Assembly (NCBI GenBank): GCA_964016885.1
Contig: OZ024746.1
Span: forward strand, 49,600,001 to 49,664,000
Length of the DNA: 64,000 nt
Reading direction: 5' to 3'
DNA from: Eledone cirrhosa
Taxonomy: Eukaryota
Shown here: one piece after another, positions 30,343 through 44,810 of the stretch
Layout: the number at the start of each line of letters is the position of its first letter
Position numbering within the stretch: position 1 is the stretch's first letter
Program-made: the position numbers and the translations under genes
Notes under the pieces: model-generated
Seen by the model: only the letters and a program-made list of their open reading frames with translations
Told to the model about the DNA's origin: nothing
Database searches by the model: none

Positions 30343-30360
30343 TTCTAAAATGATGTTTTG

Positions 30361-30555
30361 TCTATTTATATATTTTCCTGAAAACACACTGTTCTAGATA
30401 TGATGAGTTTCATACAGGTTTTAGCCCATTTTATCTATCTAGATAGATCGATAAATAGATAGACAGACAGATAGATAGATTGATTGATTAGCTAAAACCT
30501 GTATGAAACTGGTCATATCTAGAACAGCGTGTTTTCGGGAAATATATAAATAGAA
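30361..30555. repeat. Imperfect inverted repeat around a (GATA)n spacer
   Basis: 30361-30425 is approximately the reverse complement of 30489-30555. Confidence 0.75.
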
Positions 30556-30906
30556 CGAATATGAATATTATAGACAAAACATACTGGGGTAGGGCTGTTG
30601 TTAACTATTTATGTGTTTATTTGTCTATTGATTGTATTTCAATACATTTTTGGAGTATGGACGTGATATGAATTTGCTATAAATACTTCCCAAGAAAAAA
30701 ATATATATATATTGCTGTGAGCTTGACGGCTAGCGTTATTAATTGTGAGCCTTAACACAGGATTGGTAACAGGTTAGGGTCGTGTCATGATGATTAATGT
30801 CCAGACCTCACTAGTGTCCAGACCTCACGTATACACATATGCGTTGTGGAGGGGGGGGGGACAGAGCGAAAGAGATAGTATAAGCAAGACAGAGCGCGAG
30901 TGAGAG

Positions 30907-30959
<53 letters not shown>

Positions 30960-30968
30960 ATATATATA

Positions 30969-31017
<49 letters not shown>

Positions 31018-31018
31018 A

Positions 31019-31072
<54 letters not shown>

Positions 31073-31281
31073 ATGTATGTACACACATATATTTAATGTA
31101 AGTATACACATATGTGCATATACATATTTTTTCCTATGAGACCTCTATCTCATTTATATATATATATTTATATATATATGGTAAAGCATGTGTTAGTTAA
31201 TCACTGACACTATTGTATGCAGGAAAGACCACTCAACGAAGTATACAAGTAGGTCTGTTTACTCCGGAGTATAGTTGTAAT

Positions 31282-31587
31282 AATTGTTTCTACTTTTGGC
31301 ACAAGGCCAACAAATATATCAGTGCATTACTGGTACTTCATCTTATCGACCCCGTAAGGATGAAAGGCAAAGTTTATCTCGGCGGGAGTATAGTTATAAT
31401 AATTGTTTCTACTTTTGGCACAAGGCCAGCAAATTACCCAGTGCATTACTGGTACTTTATTTTATCGACTCCGTAAGGATGAAAGGCAAAGTTGACCTTG
31501 GCGGGATTTGAACTCAGAATACAAAGGGCCGTAACTCTATGCTACAAAGCATGACGTCCGACCCTCTACCGATACTGCCAATCCACC
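31282..31587 (-). mobile_element. SINE family 1: partial copy (31282-31386) in tandem with a full copy (31399-31587)
   Basis: Core motif present twice. Confidence 0.85.
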
Positions 31588-33405
31588 TGAAGTACAAGTT
31601 AACAGGTTAGTATTGACTTCATTTAATCATAATCGCTGTTATATATATTTCGATGATAACTGTTATGCAACAGTTATAGCCTCATCAGATAGCTAAAAGT
31701 TGACTAGAAAAAACAAAAATAACATGAAGAAGAAATAAAAATGACTACAGTTATTTCGATTCATTGATATATCCCGGGCTGAAACTTGCTGTTGCTTTCT
31801 CAAATCATTATTGTTAGAATGACAGGTGAAGGGAGCTGAATTATTTTATATTTATAGGTAAATAGAGGAAAGGTGATCAGAAAGTTTTGTAGGAAAATAT
31901 ACAAATATTTTAAGATGTTGTTCCCCAGACTTCTTTAAATTGTTCCCATTAACATTATTCACAACTTCTGACATACTGGAAAATGATAATGGTCTTACTC
32001 TCTATATCGAAATCCTAATGATCCATAAGAGTGAGTAATGCTGTTTTTCTTCCTTTTATTGTCCTCCTTGTTTATCTTAATACTTTGAGATCCTACACCA
32101 GTTATGTTAAAGGCAGAAGGAGTTTTACACTAGCGTTATATAATGCAAGGTTGTAAACGTGGTAACTACTTTACTTTCACATTTTTTCCACTCTTAATTC
32201 GGTTTTATATACTTTGAATGCGTGTGTATAAAAGCTTTGGTAAAGGCTATGGTTGTAACACAAATCTGATATTTTCCTGCCATATCGTAGTTATCAATGG
32301 CAGTTAGTCTCCGTCTCAAATTGAATCCAATTTCAAAATATTTCTTAATATTGTTTAATGGCTCTGTGTAGGAAGGCTATGGCTCTTCATAGCCTGTGAA
32401 TACAGACTAGACTAAACTACGAATACAGACAGAACTATCTTACGCGTTTCTCGCATGCTGACAAACATTCCTAACGTGTGCATGAGCGTCTGTGTGTGGT
32501 ATGTGTATGTTTTGTGCGTATGATGTTATGTCACTAGGTAGGTAAAATTGCAAAATAATCTGATCGTTCAGAACGGGAAAATCATTAAACAGCCTCTGGA
32601 CAATCATAGCTAAAGAACAGCAGTTGTAATCATAACATGTGAAATATGTTCTATAATGGCAGTTGTGCTGCAAGCAAGAAATACATTCAAAGAACTTTTA
32701 TTATTGATTCAATACTTTCACACAGTTTCCCCTCGGCGTATAAAGAAGAAAAATTCTGGAATTTAAATTTAGTTTAAATGTATGTATTTATCTGCAGGTG
32801 TTTAATAGTCTAAACAATGATATCCTCAAAGGTATGTGGGATATTGATGGGCCACGTTGGCAAGAATCCATGTTACAATATAAATATAAGGAAGAAATAT
32901 TTCGGACGGCTTTGCTCGTTTGAGATGAAATGAACGGCGAAAAATAGTTGTGGGGGATTGGTTGCTTAAATAGCTAAATTCAGATAATGAGACAAAATAT
33001 GGAAAATTATAATGTGAGAAAGATAGTTCGTTGTTGGTGACTTCAATGTCATAAGATTAAGGTGAAAATAAAGAGGCCTTATCTCCTGTTTTTAGAATTT
33101 TAAACCTAGTAGCCCTCATCTTTTTCTAGGTTGGAACACAGTAGTCGACCCCAACTAACAAAATTGAAACATGTCCGTCAATTTCACCCAAGTTAGCATT
33201 GAAGCAAAATTCACTTCCTACTGCACTGTCTAATCATATTGCATAAAAATGTTGTTCAACTGATTGGAACTGTTGTTCAACTGATATTGGAAGATTCCTC
33301 TCTGCTTAGTTTTTCTAGAATTGAGTAATTTGTCTTGATTGGTTTTCATATAAAACTGACCGTTTTTTTAATTCTTTAGAAAACACTTTAATTTAATCTT
33401 ACTTT

Positions 33406-33482
<77 letters not shown>

Positions 33483-34036
33483 CTCCCCCCCTTTCTCTCT
33501 CTCTCTCTCTCTGATTGTGTGCGTGTGTATTTGATCTCCGTCTGTTCCGAGCTCAAGTTTTCCATTTTTTCGAACAAAGGACCATCTTGTATCCTTAATC
33601 GAGTTCTAAGGGTCATTCAATAAGATAGTCTGTGACAATGTTGAACCTTTAACGCGTCTCCCTTGCCGTCCTTCGGGAGAACGCCTTCTCCATCCTGTCC
33701 GCCGGGGCTGTGTGTGTGTGTGGGGGGGGGGGGGGAGCATCGCGTAACATTCCATATTTAGGTATCTGTGTTCTCACATGTAGACGCACGTCCTTTACCA
33801 TAGTGTTGTGTCCCTAAAGGAAATTTATTTCCTTTAATAGTTCCAATGTAATTTGTCTGCAGTACGCATTATTTTACCAGCTGAGTAGACTGGAGCTACA
33901 TGAAAATAATATATTAGTGAACGCTTCTTTCCTCTCTCACTTTCTCTATCCCTTTTACTTTCTCATTCTCTCCCATTCGCACATATACACGTGTGTGTGT
34001 GTGTGTGTGTATGTGTGTGTGTGTGTGCGTGTGCGC

Positions 34037-34142
<106 letters not shown>

Positions 34143-34771
34143 ATGTTGAACTGTCATACCTAAATTGAAATCCGAAGAGAACATCAAAACAATCATCGGA
34201 ACACAAACCAAGTGTTTATATCTTGTAATATCGGCAGGTGGTCATGGCGGGGAGTTGGTAAAATCCGGATTTAGTTGATAGATCTATATTCTGAATCCAA
34301 ATCCTATCGTGATCGATTTTTGCCTTTCATCCTTCACAGATCGATATAATCGACTGTTCTCTCCGCCGAAATGTGTAGTAGCCTCTGCCAGCGTAAGAAA
34401 TCAATCTAGAAAGATATATCTTCTAGACTGTAACTTTAATATATCCACTCATACGTAAAATCTTAATATCTCAGACGAATGGTATAACAAACAAGTAACA
34501 CATATGTACCTCTGGGATGGATATCATATCCTAGATACCTGAATTTGAAACACAGATACATACACACTTTTAATACTTTTAACATAAAATTATTCACCAG
34601 TATAAAACTATTTTTAATTTTCATCTATTTTTGGTAACATCAGAAATGGGGGACAATGGTTATCATTGGTAACATTATTTCAATAGACCGATCATTGGTT
34701 CACCGCATTTTCGTTAGAAAACATCCATTATTCGATTATGACACAGATATAATATAGATACATGTGTTTAT

Positions 34772-35611
<840 letters not shown>

Positions 35612-35631
35612 ATATATATATATATATATAT

Positions 35632-35905
35632 GCAAAAGTTTTATTTAAATTGTTGGGATACAACAAGCAAATATTTTTTATAACTGATATAAAGCACTCG
35701 ACAAGTATTTGGAGTAGATATACGATATTAACAAATGGAAACTATATTTATAAAACCATATTTATTTCATTATACATATTTCAAGGATACCAAGTTAAAT
35801 TTGTCTGATGAAGGCATACCATAATTTAACTTGGTATCCTTGAAATATGTATAATGAAATAAATATGGTTTTATAAATATAGTTTCCATTTATTAATATC
35901 GTATA
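35632..35905. mobile_element. Head-to-head palindrome of pLTR family F with HHR at 35800-35858
   Basis: TTTGT-CTGATGA-aGGcATACCA..TGGTATCCtt-GAAA-TATGTA-TA-ATGAA. Same family as 46650-48061. Confidence 0.8.
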
Positions 35906-36204
35906 TATATATAGTTTTAATATAGATGAGATTCTACAGGACTAGAACTGTTTCATTCTTTAGAAATCATCAATATATATATATATAGTAATAATAATAA
36001 ATTTGAAGAGGGCTTGATAGTTTCAGAAGATCCCGTTAAGGGTGAAAGCAGCGATTCTTTGCTTAAACTTTAATCTGTTATTTTAATAAATATATATATA
36101 TCCTTCAGTACATCTTATGCTATATCCTACATTTCTAGTTTTACAGTTAATATGGGGGCGTAGTTTACAGATTATGCATTTCTTATCTTATCTTATCTAT
36201 ACAG

Positions 36205-36541
36205 GGAGGTCTAAGCACGCAACACACACAAAAACAAGATGGCGTAGGGCAGAACAAAGGAGAGGCACAAAAACAAAGAAAAGAATCCCCAGTCACTGAA
36301 GAGGTCACAGAATGGGTGACGAAAGAACTTTGACAATATATGAACAACCGTCCGGTTATGGAACCAACCAACCAACCGGAAATTTATAAATTCTTAAATT
36401 TATAAATTTAATTTATAATAAATTGGAGTGAAATCAATGGTGCGTGTGTTTCTTATTGGCAACATGACCCTCCCAAAGCATAACAATATCGATTTCAACA
36501 CACGTTTTCAGATAAAGAATCCTGCTAAACAAATTCAGAAA
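36205..36541 (+). mobile_element. pLTR family E copy with HHR at 36292-36334
   Basis: Matches 13951-14262. Confidence 0.85.
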
Positions 36542-37738
36542 CGGGGGGGGGGGAGGTAGACTAGGGCTATAACACCCCACTTGCCGATTTTGTAATGGGT
36601 AACCCCTGCTTGCCAAGGGAGACGTAAGATCTTTTTATTCTTTTATCGCTTCCTCTATATTTACTTCTTCCCCCATCCCTCCCTAATCCTTCTACCCCAG
36701 TTCTTTTTCTTTGTCGGCGTATTTTTCTCGCCCACCCGAGGCAGCCCTTTGGCCCCTTGTAGCCTCAGTACCCCACCCCCTCCCCTAGTCTATGTTAGAT
36801 TTGGCGGACTCCGCTTTTTATAGCAGTTGTGTTAGACCTCGGATACTTTCTCCTTTATCCGACCGCTCCCCCTTTTTCCGTGCCTTCTATATTTCTTAGT
36901 GGCACCTCTGCCTTAATTTCTCGTTTCAGTATTTCTCTCTTCTCTTTTCTTTTGGGCGGGGTGGATTCTGAATTTATTTTTCCGTATTCTACTTTTACCT
37001 CGTACGAACTTTCATGTACCTTGTATAAGAACTTTTGTAGCGTGGCGGTACCATTAGAGTTAGCATTAGTATATTTTTTTCGGGACTCAGAATTATTATC
37101 TCGTACTAGTTTACTTTTCTACACTGGGTGGTTGCTGGCCTTGTGCCCGGGGTAGAAACCTTTATTAATTATTTCGTGGTAGTTTCTTTAGTATTTTGGC
37201 CCCCATTGTTGACCCGTCACCGTATGATATACGTACTTATACCTCTTAAAAGGGTCCTTTCCTATTCCGTCCCCCCTAGTTTATTTACTTATTTTTTTAT
37301 TTCTTTATTTCTTTATTTCTTTATTTCTTTCTTTATTTCTTTCTTTCTTTCTTTCTTTCTTTATTTATTTATTTATTTATTTATCTAGCCTAGCAATAGC
37401 TAGAGACTTAGGTCGTAGAAGTTGCTTATATTTTTTTCTTTACATTTATTCGCTTTTTATCACTCTCAGTATTTTTTTTTTCTCATATATATATTTTTAC
37501 CCTTCATTGTTCTACTTACCGTTTCGACTTCCTCCCCCTCCCCCTCCCTAGTATCTTCTTTGACCTCATGCCCAGCTGTAGCCGGCACTACCAACGCATG
37601 ATTGGGTCTACTCCACCCCTCCCCCTTTTCTCCTACTGGCAGGTTTAGCCACCCTCTCCCCCACTAATTTGCCATCACAGAATTACTACTAACTTGTGAC
37701 CAATCCTTGTCACAATCACTTTGACCATATATGGAATT

Positions 37739-37832
37739 ACCCCATGAGAAGCTCGGCTATTTATATACCAGGATAAATTTTCATTTAGTCCAGAATTAGC
37801 CGTCGAAACGGCTTGAGCTCAGCCGTCGGGGT
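37739..37832 (+). ncRNA. Full-length family B hammerhead-like motif with atypical core (ATGAGAA)
   Basis: Stem I ACCCC/GGGGT, stem II CGGCTA/TAGCCG, GAAA, stem III CGGCT/AGCCG, GTC cleavage triplet. Confidence 0.55.
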
Positions 37833-37844
37833 CTTACTGGTTCC

Positions 37845-37902
<58 letters not shown>

Positions 37903-37938
37903 AGAATAGAAAACGAGAATATGCTCCGAAATCATTAG

Positions 37939-38030
37939 ACGTGTCCGTCGAACCTGCGGGTCCAGAATCAGACATATCCACACAATGATCGCGTCTCGAG
38001 CTGTCCGCCGGCGAAACAATTGTAACACGT
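37939..38030 (+). ncRNA. Hammerhead motif, core CCGTCGA (U4C, A6U)
   Basis: Stem I ACGTGT/ACACGT, stem II CCtGCGG/CCGCcGG, GAAA-CAATTG-TA. The module ends in (CA)n. Confidence 0.6.
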
Positions 38031-38150
38031 AATAAATTGAGTTCAGATGCATCACTGATTTTTCGTTTTCTATTCTATCATACTCTGCTCTGTAAGAACA
38101 TAGAGTGCCCAACCGGCACACCGCCTATGGAAGCATCTTAGCTACCATCA

Positions 38151-38256
<106 letters not shown>

Positions 38257-38272
38257 AACACACACACACACA

Positions 38273-38403
<131 letters not shown>

Positions 38404-38681
38404 CGTTTCTGAATTTGTTTAGCAAGATTCTTTATCTGAAATCGTGTGTTGAAACCGATATTGTTATACTTTGGGAGGGTCATGTTGCCAATAAGAAACA
38501 CACGCACCAGTTGCTTTCACTTCAGTTCTTTCGTCACACACTCTGTGACCTCTTCAATGATTGGGGATTCCTTTCTTTGTTTCTGTGCCTCTCCTTTGTT
38601 CTGTCCTACGCCATTTTGTTTCTGTGTGTGTGTTGTGTGCTCAGTCTGCGCATGCGCCACATCCGGGTGTCTGTGTGTGTT

Positions 38682-39386
38682 ACTAGCAATGTTAGCTCCA
38701 CACAATGGCCGTGTTGGTGGTCCCGCAGCAGGGTCACTGCCCGTTTTATGGTCTTTTCGAAGCCCATACAACGCCGGCACGTCATTGTTCCAGGCCTGGA
38801 AGTTGTTGGCAGTCCTTTTGTTGGGCTGCATTATATTCGTCCACATCACCATATGGGCATTGAGGGCTTTTTCTCTATCATCATGCTCCTGTGGTGTTAC
38901 CTCTCTTGTGTTAGTGATGTGGGGTTGCATTGCCTGGATGTAGTTTGGCAGGCTGTCAACTGACATTCTGCCAGACTTGTCTGTTGGAAAGCATGCTATC
39001 TCTCCATTACGCGAGCGCTGCATGAGCTTACGCAAGCCATTTGCAGATTTTTCTCCCAGTTGCTGGGCCTCCATTCTATTATGCTTCTTGCTATACTGTT
39101 CTATAATATTTCTAAGTTCGGATCTAGCTATACTAAATTGTGCTTCTGTTTGTTCATCGACCTGCGACGGCAATTGCGTGCGTTTGTTAAATGGTAAAGT
39201 CGTGGCGTGGACTCGTTGCAGGTCGAACGATTTATCGGAGGGATTATAAAACGTAGAGTTCCAGGCTGCTGCTTTATGTGTACTAGTGCTATTGTTATTG
39301 TTAGTTGTGTTGTTTCTATTTCTATTTCCACCAACAGCCTCATGGTTGTTTCTATGTCTCTCATAATTACTCCTGTCTCTTTCCAC
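38682..39386 (-). pseudogene. PLE ORF N-terminal/RT-fingers fragment
   Basis: ACFPTDKSGRMSV, LYGLRKDHK and PPTRPLCGA motifs. Fused directly to the pLTR, with the RT core deleted. Confidence 0.8.
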
Positions 39387-39835
39387 TGGCTAATTGTTGT
39401 TATCTACCCTATTTTCTGTGTCTGTGTGTTCGTCTTGGTTATTTTCTTTGTCCTTAGTCTCCCTTCTCCTTTTAATCCTATTACTTTCCCTTATTTCTGT
39501 GATTTCTGTGCTACTGTCATTACTTGTTTTCTGTGTCTGTGTGTTTGTGAAGACTGTGGTGGTGGTGAGAGGGATTGAATGTGTGTGTGTTGTTGTTGTT
39601 GATGTGTGCTGTTGTTGATGTGTGTTGTTGTTGTCTCCGTGTGTGTTATTATTGTTGTGTGTGTTGTTATTGTTGTTTGTGTCTGCGTGTCTGTTGTTGT
39701 TGTTTCTGGGTATGTTATTATTGTTGTTTTTGTTGGTGTGTGTGTTGTTGTTATTGTTGTTTGTGTCTGTGTGTCTGTTGTTGTTGGGATGTGTGTTGTA
39801 TATGTGTATGCGTATAGTGTTGCTTTTGTTTTTGT

Positions 39836-40925
39836 AGAGAACAGTCAGGAACTAGAGAAAAACACAATGGAAAGCATCCAGCAAATAGCTAACTCCATCC
39901 ACCAGAGCATTAGAGTTACTATAGACTACGCAAGTAAACACCCCAACCATCGATTACCTGTACTAGACACAGAGCTCTGGTTAGATACCATTAATAATAA
40001 AAAACAAATCCTCCATTCCCATTATGCCAAACCCATGACTTCCAAACATCTGATCCACCGAAACTCGGCCGTTTCGGACCATACCAAAATCAACATACTG
40101 ATTGCGGATTTGGTACGGGTGATGAGAAACGTGTCCCGCATGTGCAACCCCGAAGAACTAGAGAGACACATACAACACTTCATCCACCGTATGCAGTTCT
40201 CTGGCTACAATCAGAGAGATAAAATCAGAGTGTATAGAGGAGCCAGAACCAAATGGGAAAAAATGGTAAATAATGACATAAATGGGACCTGCCCCTTGTA
40301 TAGGAGCAAATTTGGGAATAGAATAGAAAGAACTAGGAACAAGGCTAATAGAATAAACTCATGGTATGATAGCAATAAATACCAGAGTGTAATGTTCATC
40401 GATACAACCCCTAGAGGTGAATTAGCTTACAAATTTAGAAGGGCCCTAAATAAACATAAACTCAATATTAAGATAGTAGAAAGACCAGGTACCTCCGTAA
40501 AAACACTCATTAGCGAGACATACCCTTTTCAAAGACCCTCATGTATAGACAAGAACTGTATAACCTGTAAAATAAGCCCCCATATTAACTGTAAAACTAG
40601 AAATGTAGTGTATAGCATAAGATGTACCGAAGGACAATGTAGAGACAAAAATATAGTGTACATAGGTGAGACAGCTCGTAGTGTAGGGGAACGGATAAAT
40701 GAACACTGGCGAGACCTTCAAGATAGTAAAGAATCATCTGTACTCTACCAACATGCTAAAATAGAACACAAGGGTAAATTAGAGGACATAGAAATAAAAA
40801 TAGAATCTACACACAGAAAAGACGCAATGTTTAGACAAATTACAGAGGCAATATACATAAAAGAATTACAACCAAAATTAAATAGAAAATATGAGTGGAA
40901 CAGCAACATGACAACTTACAATTAA
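39836..40925 (+). pseudogene. PLE RT thumb, Cys linker and GIY-YIG endonuclease (intact frame, 5'-truncated)
   Basis: LPVLDTELW, HYAKPM, CIDKNCITC, VVYSIRC...YIGETARSVGERINEH and RQITEAIYI...LNRK. The Val/Cys-rich start of the 439-aa ORF is antisense low-complexity sequence. Confidence 0.9.
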
Positions 40926-41087
40926 GGACAAAATGAAAACACACACACACATAGAACAAACAACCAACCAGTAACATGTAAATAAACAAATAAATAAATG
41001 AACATAAACACACACAGACACCCGGATGTGGCGCATGCGCAGACTGAGCACACAACACACACACAGAAACAAAGAAAGGAATCCCCA

Positions 41088-41130
41088 GTCACTGAAGAGG
41101 TCACAGAGTGTGTGACGAAAGAACTATGAC
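41088..41130 (+). ncRNA. Minimal type I HHR in pLTR
   Basis: GTCA-CTGAAGA-gGTCACA gagtg TGTGAC-GAAA-GAAC-TA-TGAC. Confidence 0.7.
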
Positions 41131-41334
41131 AATATATAAACAACTATCTGGTTGTGGAACCAACCAACCAACCAAAAATTTATAAATTTATAAATTTATT
41201 ATAAATTTATTATAATAAATTGAAGTGAAAGCAACTGGTGCGTGTGTTTCTTATTGGCAACATGACCCTCCCAAAGTATAACAATATATATATATATATA
41301 TATATAAGAATTTATAAATATATATATATATATA

Positions 41335-43368
41335 TTTATTAAATAACAGATTAAAGTTTAAGCAAAGAATCTCTGCTTTCACCCTTAACGGGATCTTCTG
41401 AAACTAACAAAGTCAATCTGTAAACGCAGAACTGGATATTTCAAAAAACGTTGCAACCGGAGGAAGACAGGAAGACGATACTTTGGTTCGTGGAAACGTT
41501 CGCTGGCTAAGAACGGGAAAAAACGAATATAATACGTCATTAATAGGAGCGGTGAAAAACAGTTACGCGCAAAGACAGAACCACGTTTATGGTATAAAAG
41601 AGGTTGTAGACTAATGTTCTCTTAGGTGGTGCATAGAGACGTTCTCTGGCAATGAACGAAAAAAAACGAAGATAATACGTCATATGTGGATCGTGGAGAA
41701 CAATAGCACGCAAAGACAAAACCACGTAAATGGTATAGCAGAAGTCTTAGACAAAAATTCTAACTAGGAGACCGAATGAATCTCCGCTACAGAGTTAAGA
41801 ACAAAGTAAATAAATACAATACAGAGGTAATAGAAATAAATAAATACATACACGCAAATAAATACGTACGTACACAAGCATACGTGTATGTACGTATTTA
41901 TCTTTTCTTTGTTTTTGTGCCTCTCCTTTGTTCTGTCCTACGCCATCTTGTTTTTGTGTGTTTTGTGAGGTTAGTTTGCGCATGTGTTACATCCGGGTGT
42001 GTGACGAAAACTTTCCTGTATTACAGCCCCACATTATACCCTAAAGGATAGTACGATCTATACGCGGACATTTTACGTCTTGATGTGGTAGCTAAGTATA
42101 TGTTATGGTTATACCATTACTTATTTGTATAGGTAAGTATATTTTACCTGTATGTTTTGTGAAGGTACGTATACTTTCTCGTACGGATATTTGATTTTAT
42201 ATGTTATGGCGTATATTTTATATATTCTGGTACATATGCTTTTAGTTATGTTTATACGTCAGTTTTGCGTCTATGTGAGTATGCGGGTTCGTACGTATGT
42301 AGGGTGTGTATATATGTGTACTTCGTGTTTTGGTTGACGTGTTATGTGTATTTACATGTAGGTATGTGTGTGCGCTTGTTATATACGTATTTATTTATTT
42401 ATATACGTTTATTTAATTATTTGTATACTCGCACACACACACACACACATATTTATATGTGCGTGTATTTGTATACCTATGACGAGTGTTTTAGCGTATG
42501 CTTGTACGTCTCCGAAGATATGTGTATTTATATGTAGATATGTGTGTTCGCTTGTTATATACGTATTTATTTATATACGTTTATTTAATTATGTGTATAC
42601 ACGCACACACACACACACATATTTATATGTTCGTGTATTTGTATGCCTATGGCGAGTGTTTTCGCGTATGCTTGTGTATGTACGTATATGGATGTGTGTA
42701 TGTATTTATGTAATTTCAATTGCCTCTGTATTTTATTTACTTTATTCTTAACTCTGGAGCCGAGAATCATTCGGGTTCCTAGTTAGAATTTTACTCTACG
42801 ACTTCAGTTATACCATTTACGTGGTTTTGTCTTTGCGTGCAATTGTTCTCCACGCTCCACATATGACGTATTATCTTCGTTTTTCCGTTCATTGCCAGAG
42901 AACGTCTCTATGAACCACCTAATAGAATATTAGTCTACGACTTATTTTATACCATAAACGTGGTTTTGTCTTGGCGTGTAATTGTTTTTCACCACTCTAA
43001 ATAATTGTTTCTACTTTACGCACAAGGCCAGCAATTACTCAGTGCATTACTGGTAATTTATTTTATCGACCCCGCTCCAAATAATGACGTATTATATTCG
43101 TTTTTGCCCCGTTCTTTGCCAGGGAGCGTTTCCACGAAACAAAGTATGTCTTCCGGTCTTCCTCCGGTTGCAACATTTTTTGAAACATTCACTTCTGCGT
43201 TCACAGATTGACTTTCTTAGTTTCAGAAGATCCCGTTAAGGGTGAAAGCAGCGATTCTTTGCTTAAACTTTAATCTGTTATTTTAATAAATATTTGCTCT
43301 ACGGTTCTTATATAATTGATATATATTTATCCTTATCGAGCCCTCTTTGGATTTTAGTCTTCAAATTT
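41335..43368. mobile_element. Family D element with ~550-bp imperfect inverted arms and a SINE fragment inserted at 43001-43073
   Basis: 41335-41885 is approximately the reverse complement of 42665-43292. Internal ~178-bp tandem duplication at 42345-42690. HHRs at 41355-41405 (-) and 43219-43269 (+). Confidence 0.75.
43219..43269 (+). ncRNA. Type I HHR, U4A variant
   Basis: AGTTT-CAGAAGA-tCCC gttaa GGGt-GAAA-GCA..TGC-TT-AAACT. The same core occurs at 4216, 36024 and 41355-41405 (-). Confidence 0.65.
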
Positions 43369-43607
43369 ATTATTATTACTATATATATATATGACTTTAT
43401 GTATATGTAAATATTTAATAATCTCCCGTTTGGTTGAGATGCAATTGGGAGATATTGGGCTGCGCTTTCTAGCAACCAGCCTACTCGCCGTAAGCAACTA
43501 ATCACATTCTTTCTATCTTGACCACTGCCACGTCACGATTTTTAAGCCATTTTTTAAATCTATTTCTGGCGCGATCGCTTTGGAAAATTAACTGTCCGAT
43601 TGAGTTT

Positions 43608-43687
43608 GTCTCCTGATGAGTTCGTTACTCTAGATTCATCCTTAATAATAGGATATCTCAAAATACGAACGAAACCATGGTAGAGAT
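43608..43687 (+). ncRNA. Canonical type I HHR
   Basis: GTCTC-CTGATGA-GTTCGT...ACGAAC-GAAA-CCATGG-TA-GAGAT. Confidence 0.85.
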
Positions 43688-43967
43688 GTAATTACGGTAT
43701 GTACACGTTTCTTCTAATTTAAAATTTATACATAATTGTGTATGGTTGACGGTATATTTAGTCAGTTTCTACATGCTGTTGAAATTTTGGGTAAATACTC
43801 TATTGGGGTCACCGCGAAGAGGCCGCTTTCGGTTATTTATCAAATATTTCTTCATAGGAGCCTTTATTCTTATAGACTGGTCTAATTGATTTATTTATAT
43901 GCTTAATTATGCTAATTGGGAGAGGAAATGGTATATATTTATCTAATAATTCTAAGGACATGATTTA

Positions 43968-44047
<80 letters not shown>

Positions 44048-44134
44048 GAACAAAGAATCAGCGTTGCATCATATACATATTTAATTACATATTACATGTT
44101 TCAATGTCGATCAGCTTGGTATATATATATATAT

Positions 44135-44322
44135 AACGAAGGAAGTGTGGTAAGGAACCAGATGGACCATAACGCACCAGAGTACTCGATACTTAGAGCA
44201 GTAGAGTGAGTAATAGGAAAATGTTCAAGACCCCGACGGCAGAGCTCAACCCGTTTTGACGGCTATTTCTGGAGTCCAGAAATAGCCGTCGAAACAGCTT
44301 GAGCTCTGCCGCCAGGGTCTTG
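44135..44322. mobile_element. Family B head-to-head palindrome
   Basis: Long arm 44135-44273 (-), short arm 44275-44322 (+), (TA)n flanks. Confidence 0.75.
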
Positions 44323-44337
44323 ATATATATATATATA

Positions 44338-44753
44338 TATTGGTAAAAGGAAAAGAAAATGATGATAAATTGTTCCCAGGGAAAATTAGTTTAATTAGGA
44401 ATAAGTAAAAATTAGTAATAAGTATTGGTTAGTATTCAGTTTTGGTTTTAAGTTTTGACCGGTTGCGCATTTCTAATGCTTTTCAAAAATAATTTTGAGA
44501 TAGAGCGCCCGTGATGTTTGCTCTAATCAGATTAGAGCAAACATCACGGGCGCTCTATCTCAAAATTATTTTTGAAAAGCATTAGAAATGCGCAACCAGT
44601 CAAAACTTAAAACCAAAACTGAATACTAACCAATACTTATTACTAATTTTTACTTATTCCTAATTAAACTATTTTTCACTGGGAACAATTTGTCAGCATT
44701 TTCTTTTCCTTTTACCAATATATCACAACTCGTGTGTTACAACTCTATTCTTT

Positions 44754-44757
<4 letters not shown>
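44338..44757. mobile_element. Family A near-perfect palindrome
   Basis: Arms of ~190 bp centred at GCTCTAATCAGATTAGAGC (~44530). The right arm is ~35 nt longer. Confidence 0.85.

Positions 44758-44805
<48 letters not shown>

Positions 44806-44810
<5 letters not shown>

Noticed and set aside
32798-32831. Possible 34-nt host micro-exon (CTGCAG|...AAAG|GTATGT)
   Set aside because: Splice-like signals alone are expected by chance in 64 kb; no homology or partner exons were seen.
39606-39835. Hydrophobic or Cys-rich N-terminal domain on the PLE ORF
   Set aside because: It is the antisense reading of the inverted CAA-rich N-terminal segment.
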